A stretch of 64,000 nt of DNA. Source: Negaprion brevirostris. Its lineage: Eukaryota. Below are positions 37,881 to 49,038 of this stretch, piece by piece (the stretch's first letter is position 1; each line of letters opens with the position of its first letter). The notes under the pieces were generated by a model, which did not search any database, had not been told where the DNA came from, and saw nothing but the letters and a program-made list of their open reading frames with translations. The stretch lies in assembly GCA_030324005.1 (NCBI GenBank), contig JARDVH010000110.1, forward strand, positions 2,379,642 through 2,443,641. The letters are read 5' to 3'. Position numbers and translations under genes: made by a program.

Positions 37881-38879
37881 AAGAAGTGGTGGAATAACCA
37901 GTGTAATAATTCAGGAAAAATGTGTTTTGGCAAGCTAATAAGTAAGTTAATCAATAACGTGATGCCTCCATTCAGAAACCTTTGGATGGAAATTGAAATC
38001 CAAACACCGCTGTTTGGAAATTTGAATTATCTTTTTGAAAAAATGCACACTTTATTTAAAAGAGGACTTTGGCCTCACTGGAAAGTCATTCCTAATTGTT
38101 AAATCTCCAAATTGTGACTTGTGGAACGGGTCAGTTTTCGCAGCAATCATTGATTGTTGTACCCTCACCATTAGAGAAACCCATTTTTCGCTTCACTATT
38201 TCTGCCAATGAATGTAATTCAAATGTCAACAGCCACGGTAGAATTGGGACCTGTAATCCTAAAGTCTGTAGTTAGTTAGTCTAGTAAGTTCATCACCAGT
38301 CCACGAAATCACCACAAGAACATTTCACACGATTAAGTAGAAAAACAAGTTTATTCATATCAGATTTATCCAAATGTCACGGCAGTCTTTAACTTGTCCA
38401 GACGATATACACCTCCCGTCACAAGCCAGCGCAGTTGCTTTTAGTCTTCCTTTGCATTGTTTTGCCGCTCCTTTCACTTAACGGCTTCAGTCTGCCCTCA
38501 CAGGAGAAGACACCAATGAAATTTACAATAATGCTTAAATAGCCGTGTTTTAGTAAGGAAGAGGAATTGAAGAAAGTTAGTGTTAGTTAGACAAACAATT
38601 CTGGAGAAGATAATGGAATTCAGAACAAGGGCCTGATAGTCTACACCACAGGGCAATAAAGAAATTGACTATTTAAATAGATGAAGAGTTGTCTCCTTCT
38701 AAAGTTTTGTCGATTTTGGAACAGTCCTAGCATATTGGGACCCGTTAAAAAATCGAGTCATAAGATATCACAAAATTACAGCCTGACACCAGGGATATGC
38801 AAAATGCCCATGTTTATTGTAAAGGATTTGTTTAAAAGACACTTGAAAATTATCAACGTGATTTGACAAATTTAATCTA

Positions 38880-39800
38880 TAATTATGAAAGGGAATAATG
38901 TTTGAAAAATCTTCTGGAATCTTTTGAAGAAAAAACAACAAAACAGGCATGGAAGAACCAATCTTCCATCATTTGGATTTTTAAAAATATTTTGATAAAG
39001 TCCCACACAGATGACTAGTCTGAAAAATTAAAGCACATACGATCGCGGCTCATGTATTGGCATGGATTGAGAATTGGTCAATAGACAAGGAGCATAGAAC
39101 GGGAATAAACAAGTATTTTGCAAAGTAAAATAAAGTGAGTAGTTGGTTCCCACAGAGATTAGATCTTGGGTTCGAGCTATTCAAAATATACATCAATGGT
39201 TTGGATGTGGGAAGCAAATGTAATACTTCCAGTTTTGCTGACCACACAAAACCTGTTGGTGTTGCGGAGTGAGTAAAGAGGCTCTAATGTGATGAAGGCA
39301 ATTTTCACTGATTGGGAAAGTATATGACAAATGATGCATACATTGGATATGTGTAATGTTATCCACTTGGGTAGGAAATAGATAATCATAAAATATTTCT
39401 TAAATGGTGACATATTGGGAAATGTAGATGTAAAAAAGGACCTTGTTGCAACAATCACCGAAATTCCGCATGCAGGTGCAAAAGCCAGTTAGGATGGAAT
39501 GGTATGTTGATCCTCATTGCAGCAGGGTCTGAGTACAGTATCACGGATGCCCTGCTGAAGAAACACAAAGCGTTGTTGAGACTACTCCTGAACATTGTCG
39601 GCCAATTTGGACTTTTTATCTAAGAAATAATGAACTTGCTAGAAGGGAGTGCAGTGAAGATTCGCCAGACAGCTTCATGGGATGGCAAGTTCGTTCTTGA
39701 AGGGAAATTCGGTCGATGTGGCCTGTGTTCATTGGTGCTCAGAAGAATAAGTGAAGTTGTGTTGAAGTTTTCAGTTATGGCAGGGTTGAGCTGACCGGAT
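38880..39800 (+). mobile_element. Old CR1 RT, degenerate
   Basis: ttggattt...tttgataaagtcccacac (LDF.K.FDKVPH); FADHTK. Confidence 0.75.
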
Positions 39801-41094
39801 TTTGTGCCTAGTTAATGTGGAGAAGGGATACCGAGTTCGTCTGCATTCCATAACAAGATTACGGGGGTAAAATCTAATGGCCTAGTGTGGAACAAGGCAC
39901 AACATCTGTATGATTGCTCTATATTGCCGGTTATAGTTTGACGTCTTTCTACTGTACTTTCAAGCGTCTTTTCTAAGCACAAAGTTTCAAACTGGGGATA
40001 ACGGGTCAATTTCCTTTTTGAGCCTTTGTGTAGTGGTTGGCGTGGTTTTCGTTGCACATTCAACATCATGCTCAACCTTACCTTCGATCTGTCGCATGCC
40101 TGCCACAAATCACCCCTGTATGGTACTATTCAAACTTAGCACGTGAGTTAGTTTCTAAGTGGTACTAGTGAATCATTGCAGTACCAGCAATGGTTGTTGG
40201 AAATATTGAGGCTGAAATCACCAACACAGTTTATATCATAACAAGTTGTCAACTCCAAGCAACCGGATGTGGAGTGCATTTGCTGACATTCTAACATTGA
40301 TATTGCAAACACTTTGTTTTCAGTTCTTGGCCACCGACAAACTGCAAGGAATACTCTTTCACAAAATAAATTAAATCCTTATGAAATGCACTTTTCTTTG
40401 AATTACAGTTTGATCGGTGCATGCGAGAGGACTGCTTGATCCATTTTAGTATGACTCACCTTGCATCAGTCTATTGCTAAGCAGCCTATTTGCGAATATT
40501 TCTCTACTGAAAGCACACGCTGTGGTTCAATTAGAGGGTATACACATTGTGTCAGAAAAGGTTTTCAAAAAGCCCAGAAAGGTGCATTATCCTTTTAATT
40601 TAATATAATTTTCATTGGAGGCCAAGGGCGTTACATTTCTTCTTGAGTGGACCAATTCATTATTTTTATCCTCAGTTTTGTGTTTGTCTTCCTCCATCTG
40701 ATAGTTCGTCAGAGTTGCTTCTCAGGGCAAAGGTGATTTATCTACATGTTTTACGTCTCATTATATCGAAGATGCGTGGAAGTGTTCGCACTACAATTTG
40801 TGCCTGTTTTGCAAAGTGTGGAACACATCAAGATTTTCTTCAAAGAATAGATTACTCAACTTGTGTTTGATACAATATAAAACTAAAATAACATAGTCAC
40901 TTGTAAGCGTGCAAATGGGAGAATTAACCAATTTTAGATTGATGCAAATTGCTTTCTTTACTCAGTGGCCAGGGAAATAGCATCCCTCACTAATGTTGAT
41001 GGCTAGCGAACTATTTTCTTCTTCGAGTCACAGCAAATTAAATTTAAGAGGAGAGACAACCTTTTGGCTTTAGCTTTAAAGGTAAGCCATTTCT

Positions 41095-41300
41095 TATTCG
41101 TTGAAGGGATATGGACGTCACTGGCTGGGTCAGCATTTCTTGTCCATTCACAATTGCCTCTGGAAGAGAATTGCTTGCCCGTTCATTTGAGGGACCAGTG
41201 GGAAAGAACCACATAGCTGTTGTTCTGGAGGTGCATATAAACCAGACCAGGTAAGGACGGCAAATTTCCTTCCCTAAACAAGATTGCTAAACCAGGCCCA
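41095..41300 (-). mobile_element. SacSINE1-like 3' fragment
   Basis: ccagaccaggtaaggacggcaaatttccttccctaaa and gacgtcactggctgggtcagcattt. Confidence 0.7.
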
Positions 41301-41518
41301 GATAGGTCATTTTTTCTCCCGCAAGCTGCACTGAAACATGCCTCAACAAGAAGAGTGCTTTCAGTTGGAGGATCAAAGTCAGAATGTGAACGAGCATAAA
41401 CGCAACAATTATATACTTGATTGATGGACACAAACACTGACGCCTCAACGTATCTGCATCGTGGAAGAATGTGTTCTTACATGATTGCTTTTTTTTCACT
41501 CTAACAATCTGAAATGTT

Positions 41519-41710
41519 GGGCGGCACGGTAGCACAGTGGTTAGCATTGCTGCTTTACAGCTCCAGGGACCTGGGTTCAATTCCTGGCTCGGGTCACTGT
41601 CTGCGTGGAGTTTGCACATTCTCCTCGTGTCTGCGTGGGTTTGCTCCGGTTGCCTCCCACAGTCCAAAAATGTGTGGGTTAGGTTGATTGGCCGTGTAAA
41701 AATTGCCAAA
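41519..41710 (+). mobile_element. HE1-like SINE, 3'-truncated
   Basis: gggcggcacggtagcacagtggttagc (A box) ... gggttcaattcc (B box) ... ctgtctgcgtggagtttgcacattctcc. Confidence 0.9.
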
Positions 41711-42346
41711 GTTATCTATTTTGCAATAAGAATGGAGGGCTCGTTTTCAATTAAAGACAAAACGCAATCTGTTGAAGAATGTCCAATGAATTCCTGCAGT
41801 GTATTTATTTTGCAAAACATGCAACTTCCAATGGAACACCTTCAGTGGACTGTGTTGCATTGGCAAAATGAACACAATTTCCCTGTTAACTTCGCATTTT
41901 TTGAAAATTTCAAGGAAATCGGAGTTTGAGGAAGTTCACGTTTGGGATTTCATGACAAATGCCAAGCCGGTTAGAAAATACAGGCTTCCAAATAAACGAT
42001 TAATAACCTATGTATGGTTCCCAAATGAATTTGTCAGACTGACGAAGGAAGGGTCTATTAGCTGTTATTGGATTGAAATGTTATAACCTGCAACACATGT
42101 TGTACGAGAGAACGAAAACAATTTCTGACTTGCATGGCTTAAATAAAATGTCAGATTCACAACACTGGAGACTCATTAAGATGTATCTCTGCATTTGCTC
42201 CACGTCGTTTATAATCTATTATAATTCTGTTAACACCCAATGGCATTATATAGAATATTGTTCAGTTTCTATTTATGTTCACATCCTAAACCCTCTGCAA
42301 CTCTTCACTTTGACTTAGGGTGCATTGGTTAGTCCTGATTTCAAAC

Positions 42347-42511
42347 ATGCCTGATACAGTGAGGTCTGAACCGGAACCCGCCATGCAACAAATAAACCTA
42401 CAATCTGGTACCATGGAAGACACGGCAAGTTACGGAGACGCACAATTTGGTTCACTTACTGGAGAAGTAACCACTCGAGGAATATATCTCGGAAAACCGA
42501 AAATTCTGGGC
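42347..42511 (+). CDS. MS4A: MS4A-family gene, coding exon 1
   Basis: 55 codons MPDTVRSEPEP...TRGIYLGKPKILG|gtaag, matching the MS4A F.KGEPKVLG motif; upstream acceptor at 42317-42318 implies a 5' UTR exon. Confidence 0.88.
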
Positions 42512-43454
42512 GTAAGATTAAATCATTGTTTCATTTCGATTTCAAATCTATTCATTCGCTCAAAACTGTAATTCTGAAACACACACAATGAATATATGAT
42601 GAACAGAATGATCACTCGGTTATTTGCAGCAAGACAATTGTTGTCCAGGTAATGATAATTAGATTCTGTTATTAGTCCTACGTGAGGAATAACATATCAG
42701 GTGCATAATTTCGGCCGGAAAACTTTACAAAATACAGGAGTATATTTTGAAGATTTTACTTTTTTCGTCAGTCTTAGTATTTTGTTGTCGCTGGCATTGG
42801 CTGCATTAACCTTTTGAGGTAGAACCTTGTCTTGACACAGTTCAGACTCGATGGCTGTGGTGCTCTCAGAATTTTACTATGGGAGGAATGGAGAATTTCC
42901 GACCAGCAAGGCTGAAAGAAAGATGAGATATTTTCAAATTCGGCTCAAATAGTTTTTTTGGAGGTTGTTACACTCCCGCACACAGGCTCCCATAGTCCTT
43001 CTAGACTGTCGAAGTTGCCAACTTTGAGGCTGGGGCCCTCGAAATTGTGAATTTCCGGGATTGGTAGCTGCTGTCTACAATATGTCGATATTTTCCTCGA
43101 GTGTATGCTTCAGAATACATTCAATGTATTCCGCCGCGTACCAGAGCTACAGGAAGTGATTATTTGAATAATGTTATGTAGTAATTAATTAATCCGGGAT
43201 TTTTTTTATTTGTATTTTTCACAGGTCACCTTTTATTCTTTACATTAATCTTGCTCCCAGTTTGTCGCTTTCTGTTTCAGTCTCCCCTCTTCTTTCTCTC
43301 TGCTCCTTCTTTCTCTCTTTCCCTTCCCTTTCCTCAATTTCTCCCCCCCCCTTCCGCGCCCCCCGCCGCCGCATACACACATACATGCAGTTACTTTTTT
43401 GCTGATTTGATATATCTAACCTTTTTTCACACTATGTAATTTATTATCATTCAG

Positions 43455-43580
43455 GTCACTCAGATTGTCTTGGGGATAACATTTATTGTCTGTCGCATTA
43501 TTCTGGAATCGACAATGTCGTCTAAAGTCCCGTTGCTCATTTCCCAGACTTCCAGATCCGACTGGTTGAGCGGTTTGTCG
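43455..43580 (+). CDS. MS4A: MS4A-family gene, coding exon 2 (TM1, start of TM2)
   Basis: 126 nt, phase 0-0, ttcag/gtaagt; VTQIVLGITFIVCRIILESTMSSKVPLLISQTSRSDWLSGLS (QI.lG and W..G motifs). Confidence 0.88.
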
Positions 43581-43814
43581 GTAAGTTTCAGTTTCAGGAT
43601 CGGAGCAACGCATGTTAGATGGAATGGGATGGTTTGGAGTGAAATCGATTAGACGGTTGGATATTGGTTGTGTTTTGATGTCCCGCAGCATAACGCAACG
43701 ATTTATTTTCAATGCCATTGGTCCAGGTGTTACTTCTGGACTATCTCTTGTACTCGGGTCATTTGGTTTATCTCCTTAACCCTTTTAAGCATCATGTATC
43801 GGTATATCCCACTG

Positions 43815-44065
43815 TCAAACAACGGGAGTGTGATCTCGTTAGACAGCCTTGGGTGACTGTCTGTGTGGAGTTTGCATGTTCTCTCCATCTTCCCACAGTC
43901 CAAAACGTGGATTTTTCAAGCTAAGTTAATGTCCCAAGCTGTGTACGTTCAGGGGATTAGCAGGGTAAAAACGTGAGGTTCCTGGGATAGAGCCTGTGTG
44001 GTAAATTGTGAGAAGGTGCAGATTCAGTGGATCGAATGAGCTCCTTCCGTATTGCGTGGATTCCA
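43815..44065 (+). mobile_element. Old HE1-like SINE
   Basis: ccttgggtgactgtctgtgtggagtttgcatgttctc...cccacagtccaaaac. Confidence 0.75.
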
Positions 44066-44669
44066 TAAAAACCACGTTGAATTTAAATGGTCAAATGCAT
44101 TTCTACTTTTTTTGTTGAGTTTTTTTTAGCATTAACTATAATCCCTAACTTTTAATTTGAAATTCGTCTTCTGGCGTACACGTAATGTTAACAGTTATCC
44201 TTCGTAATGCTTTTCAGTGTTTTTTTCAACGTGGCCTCCTAAATCGCTCTGCTCCTCTTTTGTCACTGACTTTGCGCTAAATGCTCTGCTTAATTCCTTT
44301 AGACCACCAAATGCATGTCCACTCACCTCAGGAACATCGATCCTCATATGTCAGAGATTCAAAAAAAAACTTTGTTGATTTGTGAGATGTTAGTTTCTCA
44401 AAAACGCATGGAAGTTCAAGGTATTTCTTGTTATTTGCAAGTTTGCTCTCTCACGCATTGCTATGTTGGCATAATCTTACATCGTTTGAAAAGTCCCTGA
44501 TAAATGTGCGGAAGAACTGACCATCCGAGACAAAATTTTGGGAGATAATAATAGTAAATCTTTGTTTACTTTAAATAACCAAACAGAAAAAGAGAAACAA
44601 GATTAGTAGTTCACAATAGTTCGAATAGTTATAAGCATGAGAAATGGACATTTACAATATTCTTTCCAG

Positions 44670-44726
44670 ATCATCATTTGTGGGATCCTGTGGCGCATTG
44701 TTGGAGAGCAATCAGGCAGACCCCTT
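44670..44726 (+). CDS. MS4A: MS4A-family gene, coding exon 3
   Basis: 57 nt, phase 0-0, tttccag/gtaagt; IIICGILWRIVGEQSGRPL corresponds to the MS4A FIISGSLS exon. Confidence 0.88.
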
Positions 44727-45272
44727 GTAAGTCTATCCATATTTTATTGATTTGACACAATACTTTTCAAAACGAAGAGTAGTATTTCAAAGTCACATGT
44801 TTGTATATGCCAATTAACCGCGATTTCACCGACGCTCCTACATAATGGAAAGTGGTAGCGACAACAATAATATGGTAGTGGATCTTCATCTCCCATTACA
44901 GCTTAAAATTACAGCAAACGGCCGGACCCGTTTTACACACCTTTAGTGTTGTCTTACTCAATCAACAGAGTCAAAAGCAGAGATGCCACGTTTAATTTAT
45001 ATGCATTCTTGGTCAAACTATAGTTGGATAACCTGTGAAGGTATCAGTTCAGAAATGTTTGAAGCATTCGGGAAAGTCTAACACTTGGCTTTGTATCAAG
45101 GCCCTGAGGGGAATTAATGCTTTAACTCAAAATTTTAATTTTGCGAACTATATGAATCGACCAAATTTCGTCAAATCGGATATCTACGAATAAAATAACT
45201 ATATATATGTGTGTGTGTACTGTTTTCCGTGATGAATAGTTATCTGAATAAATGACTGCTTACTCTTCCAAG

Positions 45273-45413
45273 GTGATTGCATGCCTCACGACAAATTTGG
45301 TCAGTGTCTTTCTGTTGTTTATGGACTTATTCCTGTTTCACGTCAGCATATTTAAATGGGCCCCATCAGAAATACATGCTCCTGGAATTATCCATGATTA
45401 TTTTTGCTCGGCT
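45273..45413 (+). CDS. MS4A: MS4A-family gene, coding exon 4 (TM3 + extracellular loop)
   Basis: 141 nt, phase 0-0, cttccaag/gtaagt; VIACLTTNLVSVFLLFMDLFLFHVSIFKWAPSEIHAPGIIHDYFCSA. Confidence 0.88.
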
Positions 45414-45622
45414 GTAAGTACATAATATTTTCAAAATGCGCGCGCAGGTTATGCAAATAAGCAAAGTTGACTGCGCAGGTGTTCGCTTTTTTTGACATAG
45501 CCGAACTGAAAATAGACAGCACTGAAGCAACTCGCTCACATGCTCGTGACCCACAACAACAACTCCCACAGAACAACTTTAACCTCGTTAATTTGCAGCT
45601 ATTAGGCTGATGGCAGTGTTAG

Positions 45623-45808
45623 ATTGTTCGGCCTTTTGGCTAAGATCAAGTGTAGTATCTATTATGCTGCACTTGGTTGAAGTCATGAGGTTACATTTCA
45701 GCTTCATTTGAAACAATTTTTTAAAGCAGCTTCTTGGCCTTTTGGCTAAGATGCAAATTAGATCAAGCCTTGGAGGAGGAGCTACACCTACTCCAATCAG
45801 CTTGGATC
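45623..45808 (+). mobile_element. U2 snRNA-headed retroposon, copy 1 (cut by a gap)
   Basis: 45628-45660 equals U2 nt 9-41; second U2 head (nt 4-27) at 45729-45752; colinear with 47114-47300. Confidence 0.8.
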
Positions 45809-45908
45809 NNNNNNNNNNNNNNNNNNNNNNNNNNNNNNNNNNNNNNNNNNNNNNNNNNNNNNNNNNNNNNNNNNNNNNNNNNNNNNNNNNNNNNNNNNNN
45901 NNNNNNNN

Positions 45909-45978
45909 ATTGAATGGCGGGGCAGGCTCGAAGGGCTGGATGGCCTACTCCTGCTCCTATTTCTTATGTTCTTATGTT
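45909..45978 (+). mobile_element. Young CR1 3' end
   Basis: attgaatggcggggcaggctcgaagggctggatggcctactcctgctcctatttcttatgttcttatgtt. Confidence 0.8.
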
Positions 45979-46819
45979 CACAATTATGCTTTACTCTGTC
46001 CTTGAGATAAACACTCTTCTCCCGAAACACTCCAAAATGGATCCAAATTCCCAAGGACTTGTTTCCCTTACTTTCCTTTCTCAGCCAGGTAACTCCAAAC
46101 CCCAGAACTGACTTTTATGGAGAGGGACAAATTAGAGATTCTTCTCTCTAGTCAAAGGTAGGTGAATCATCCAACCTCACTTAAACCCTCATGAAATCAG
46201 CATCTTCATTCTGAGCACAAACTCCCATCCACATTCTGTGTGGTGAACTTTGCTGCCTCTATCTCTTGGCTGTCTCTCACTTGAATTCTTCCAGATTGAC
46301 TCTGTGAGTTTCAATTATAATTTTGGGAAAACCTACCACAGAATCTTCTCAAAGTCCACCTCCATGGCAGTATGAATCACAGATCCAGATAGAAATGTTA
46401 CTTAGTTATCCTCTAAGCACGACAACTCCGTCCTATCTTGGAATTAAATAGGCAGACTAAAGTATAAGTGTTTGAAAGCTTAAGATTCCTAACACCTCCT
46501 TGGAACTTGGAGACTAACGGACTGTCTACCATCAGCACAGCCTCTCTGGTCATTGTTTAAACCTGTGAATGTCTTTCCTGTAAAACGACCTAGATCTCCC
46601 CATAACTCCCAAGCCAGCCAAGCTTGTTGTCAGCAGAATTCCAAATGGATAACATTCCCCCATTTTACCCCAAACTAAAACGCAATTCCAAAATAAAAAA
46701 AAACTTATAAAAGCATGCATTTAAAAAGATAAGAACATCAGAGACAGGAGCAGGCATAAATCATTTGGCCCTCGAACCTGCTCTGCCAGTCAATACGATC
46801 TGATGTGGCCGTATCTCTG

Positions 46820-47112
46820 GAAATACCCAATATTACAGATATCAGTCTTCAACCAAGTTGATTCACTGCGCGTGATAGCAAGCAATGGCTGAAGGCTTTG
46901 GATACTGCAAAGTAAGTGCTGCTTGATTCCTTCCAACACTTTACTGATGACCAAAAGTAGACTGATGGTGCAGTGTATTGTGTTTGTCGTGTTTTTTGTG
47001 TACAGGACACTTTAATGTATGAGCCCAGATGGCAAGATTAGTGCTCCGGAACTTGCTGCAGCCTTAGCCAAGCTGTTCCAGTACAACTACAACACCAGCA
47101 TCTATCCACTAA
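46820..47112 (+). mobile_element. Rearranged fragments of an old LINE ORF2
   Basis: SAPELAAALAKLFQYNYNTSIYP resembles the pre-RT CAPELA.PL..LFQ.S..TG..P motif. Confidence 0.65.
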
Positions 47113-47113
47113 A

Positions 47114-47438
47114 GCTTCTTGGCCTTTTGGCTAAGATCAAGTGTAGTATCGGCATGCTGTGTTTGATTGAAGTCATTAAGTTACATTTTAGCTTCATTTG
47201 AAGCAATCTTTTCAAATGGCATCTCAGCCTTTTGGCTAAGATGCAAATGAGATCAAGCCTTGCAGGAGGAGCTACACCTACTCCAATCAGCTTGGATTAT
47301 GTAGATCAAGCCCAAGACAGGAGGTGAGAGCCCTGTCTTGTCAGCTTGGATCGGGAATGTCCCAACTTGTTGGGTCTCTGAATTGGCTTTAATTTGTCTT
47401 GATTGGATTGGAAAAAAGTAACCAAACAAAAAAAAAAA
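47114..47438 (+). mobile_element. U2 snRNA-headed retroposon, copy 2 (complete, with poly(A))
   Basis: 47114-47150 equals U2 nt 4-40 (one C>T); second head at 47219-47242; hairpin-rich body; A-rich tail ending at 47438. Confidence 0.85.
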
Positions 47439-48065
47439 CACAATTTGTGTTTGTATCACAAGGTTAACGTGGTGAAATATCCAGAATTGCTTCACAAGAA
47501 TGTCCTCAGGCAAATTTTACAGTAGAACGCCAAATACAATATCTGCTGAGCTTGTCAAAATTTTGTTGAAATAGTAAAACTCCAAGGTTCACCTTTGGGA
47601 GCATAACTTTATTCATCTTGGATGAAAATTGTGATTTGGCAGATGAATCCGAAACTCAATGGGATAATCGAGACTTGGGGTACATAACAATACTGGCGAT
47701 ATTCCCATCGGGCTATTTAGTTTCCACTTCATTACTCTGACAAGCAATTTTCACCATGCGAACAACCCCAAACATGAAATCTGCTGGCAGCCGTTCCACC
47801 CACGCTCCACAGAACTATTTAATTATTTTCTGTTGCAAATTGATAGCTTTGGCTTTGGAGCCACATAAAATTGGCTATAAACGGATGAAACCTATACATA
47901 TTTGCAGTTATATCTGTCATATTCACTCTCAGATAATTGCTGGTTGGAAAAAGGATCCCTGCCTACTTCTGTTGACGCATTATTATAATTCGCCTTCAAA
48001 ATTTCCATAAATGCCCGGGTTGAGTTGGACATCAATTATTTGCTGACTTTATGAAGAAATTTGAA

Positions 48066-48077
48066 TACATACACACA

Positions 48078-48117
<40 letters not shown>

Positions 48118-48130
48118 TACACACACACAA
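48066..48130. repeat. (CA)n microsatellite
   Basis: Interrupted CA run. Confidence 0.95.
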
Positions 48131-48457
48131 CTCTGGGGCAAGAACAAAAGCACTAGGCACTATAACAGTCAACCAACAGTTAGGAACAATGCCTTATTTC
48201 TGTGTTGCATACTTTTTTTAAATTCGGCATTCCTGTCCAGGAATTGTTAAACTTGTTTCAGAATATCTCGTATCCGAGATCGTGAAACAATAAAGTAGCC
48301 ACGGTACGTGCCATTCCCCATTAACCTCAATTAGATGACAAATCGCGAGAGAATAAGACTATCACGAGAACGGCGGACCATAACTGAGGATGACCAAGCC
48401 TACACACCATCGATTTGATTTGCCCCAATTTGATTATATTTTCTGTCCAATATTTTC

Positions 48458-48803
48458 GGGGGCGGCACAGTAGCACAGTGGTTAGCACTGCTGCTTCGCA
48501 GCTCCAGGGTCCTGGGTTCAATTCCCGGCTTGGGTCACTGTCTGTGTGGAGCTTGCACGTTCTCCTCGTGTCTGCGTGGGTTCCCTCCGGGTACTCCGGT
48601 TTCTTCCTACAGTCCAAAGATGCGCGGGTTAGGTTGATTGGCCATGCTGAGAAATTGCCCCATAGTGCCCAGGGATGCATAGGTTAGAGGGATTAGTGGG
48701 TATAATATGTAGGGATATGGGGGTAGGGCATGGGTGGGATTGTGTTCGGTGCAGTCTCGATGGGCAGAAGGGTCTCTTCCTGCACTGTCGGGTTCTATGA
48801 TTC
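48458..48803 (+). mobile_element. Full-length HE1-like tRNA-derived SINE
   Basis: A/B boxes, central domain, CR1-type tail ending ttctatgattcta; imperfect TSD aatatttt/aatacttt; absent from the paralogous intron at ~1950. Confidence 0.92.
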
Positions 48804-48927
48804 TAATACTTTGTGTAAATCGCCTTCATCAATGATGATATCCCAGTGGGTCCGAGAATTCATGTTGTCAGAAGTCATTTTGTTTATTTCCGATTGTCTT
48901 GAACATGTTCTTGTCACTGATACACAG

Positions 48928-49038
48928 GTAAATTGTTGGCTGCTCGGTTCCGTTGTCGGCGTGGTAGTGGTACCGGAGCTAATAATATCAATCGTTGTTT
49001 CCATTATCGGATGTATGGTGATATGTAGGCTCTCATGA
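48928..49038 (+). CDS. MS4A: MS4A-family gene, coding exon 5 (TM4), ends in TGA; exon extends to donor after 49052
   Basis: tgatacacag acceptor; VNCWLLGSVVGVVVVPELIISIVVSIIGCMVICRLS*; homologous to 1717-1842. Confidence 0.85.
   Translation, partial: VNCWLLGSVVGVVVVPELIISIVVSIIGCMVICRLS

Noticed and set aside
45628-45660. Functional U2 snRNA gene (also 47114-47150)
   Set aside because: Only the first ~40 nt of U2 are present; there is no Sm site, no 3' stem-loops and no shared upstream promoter
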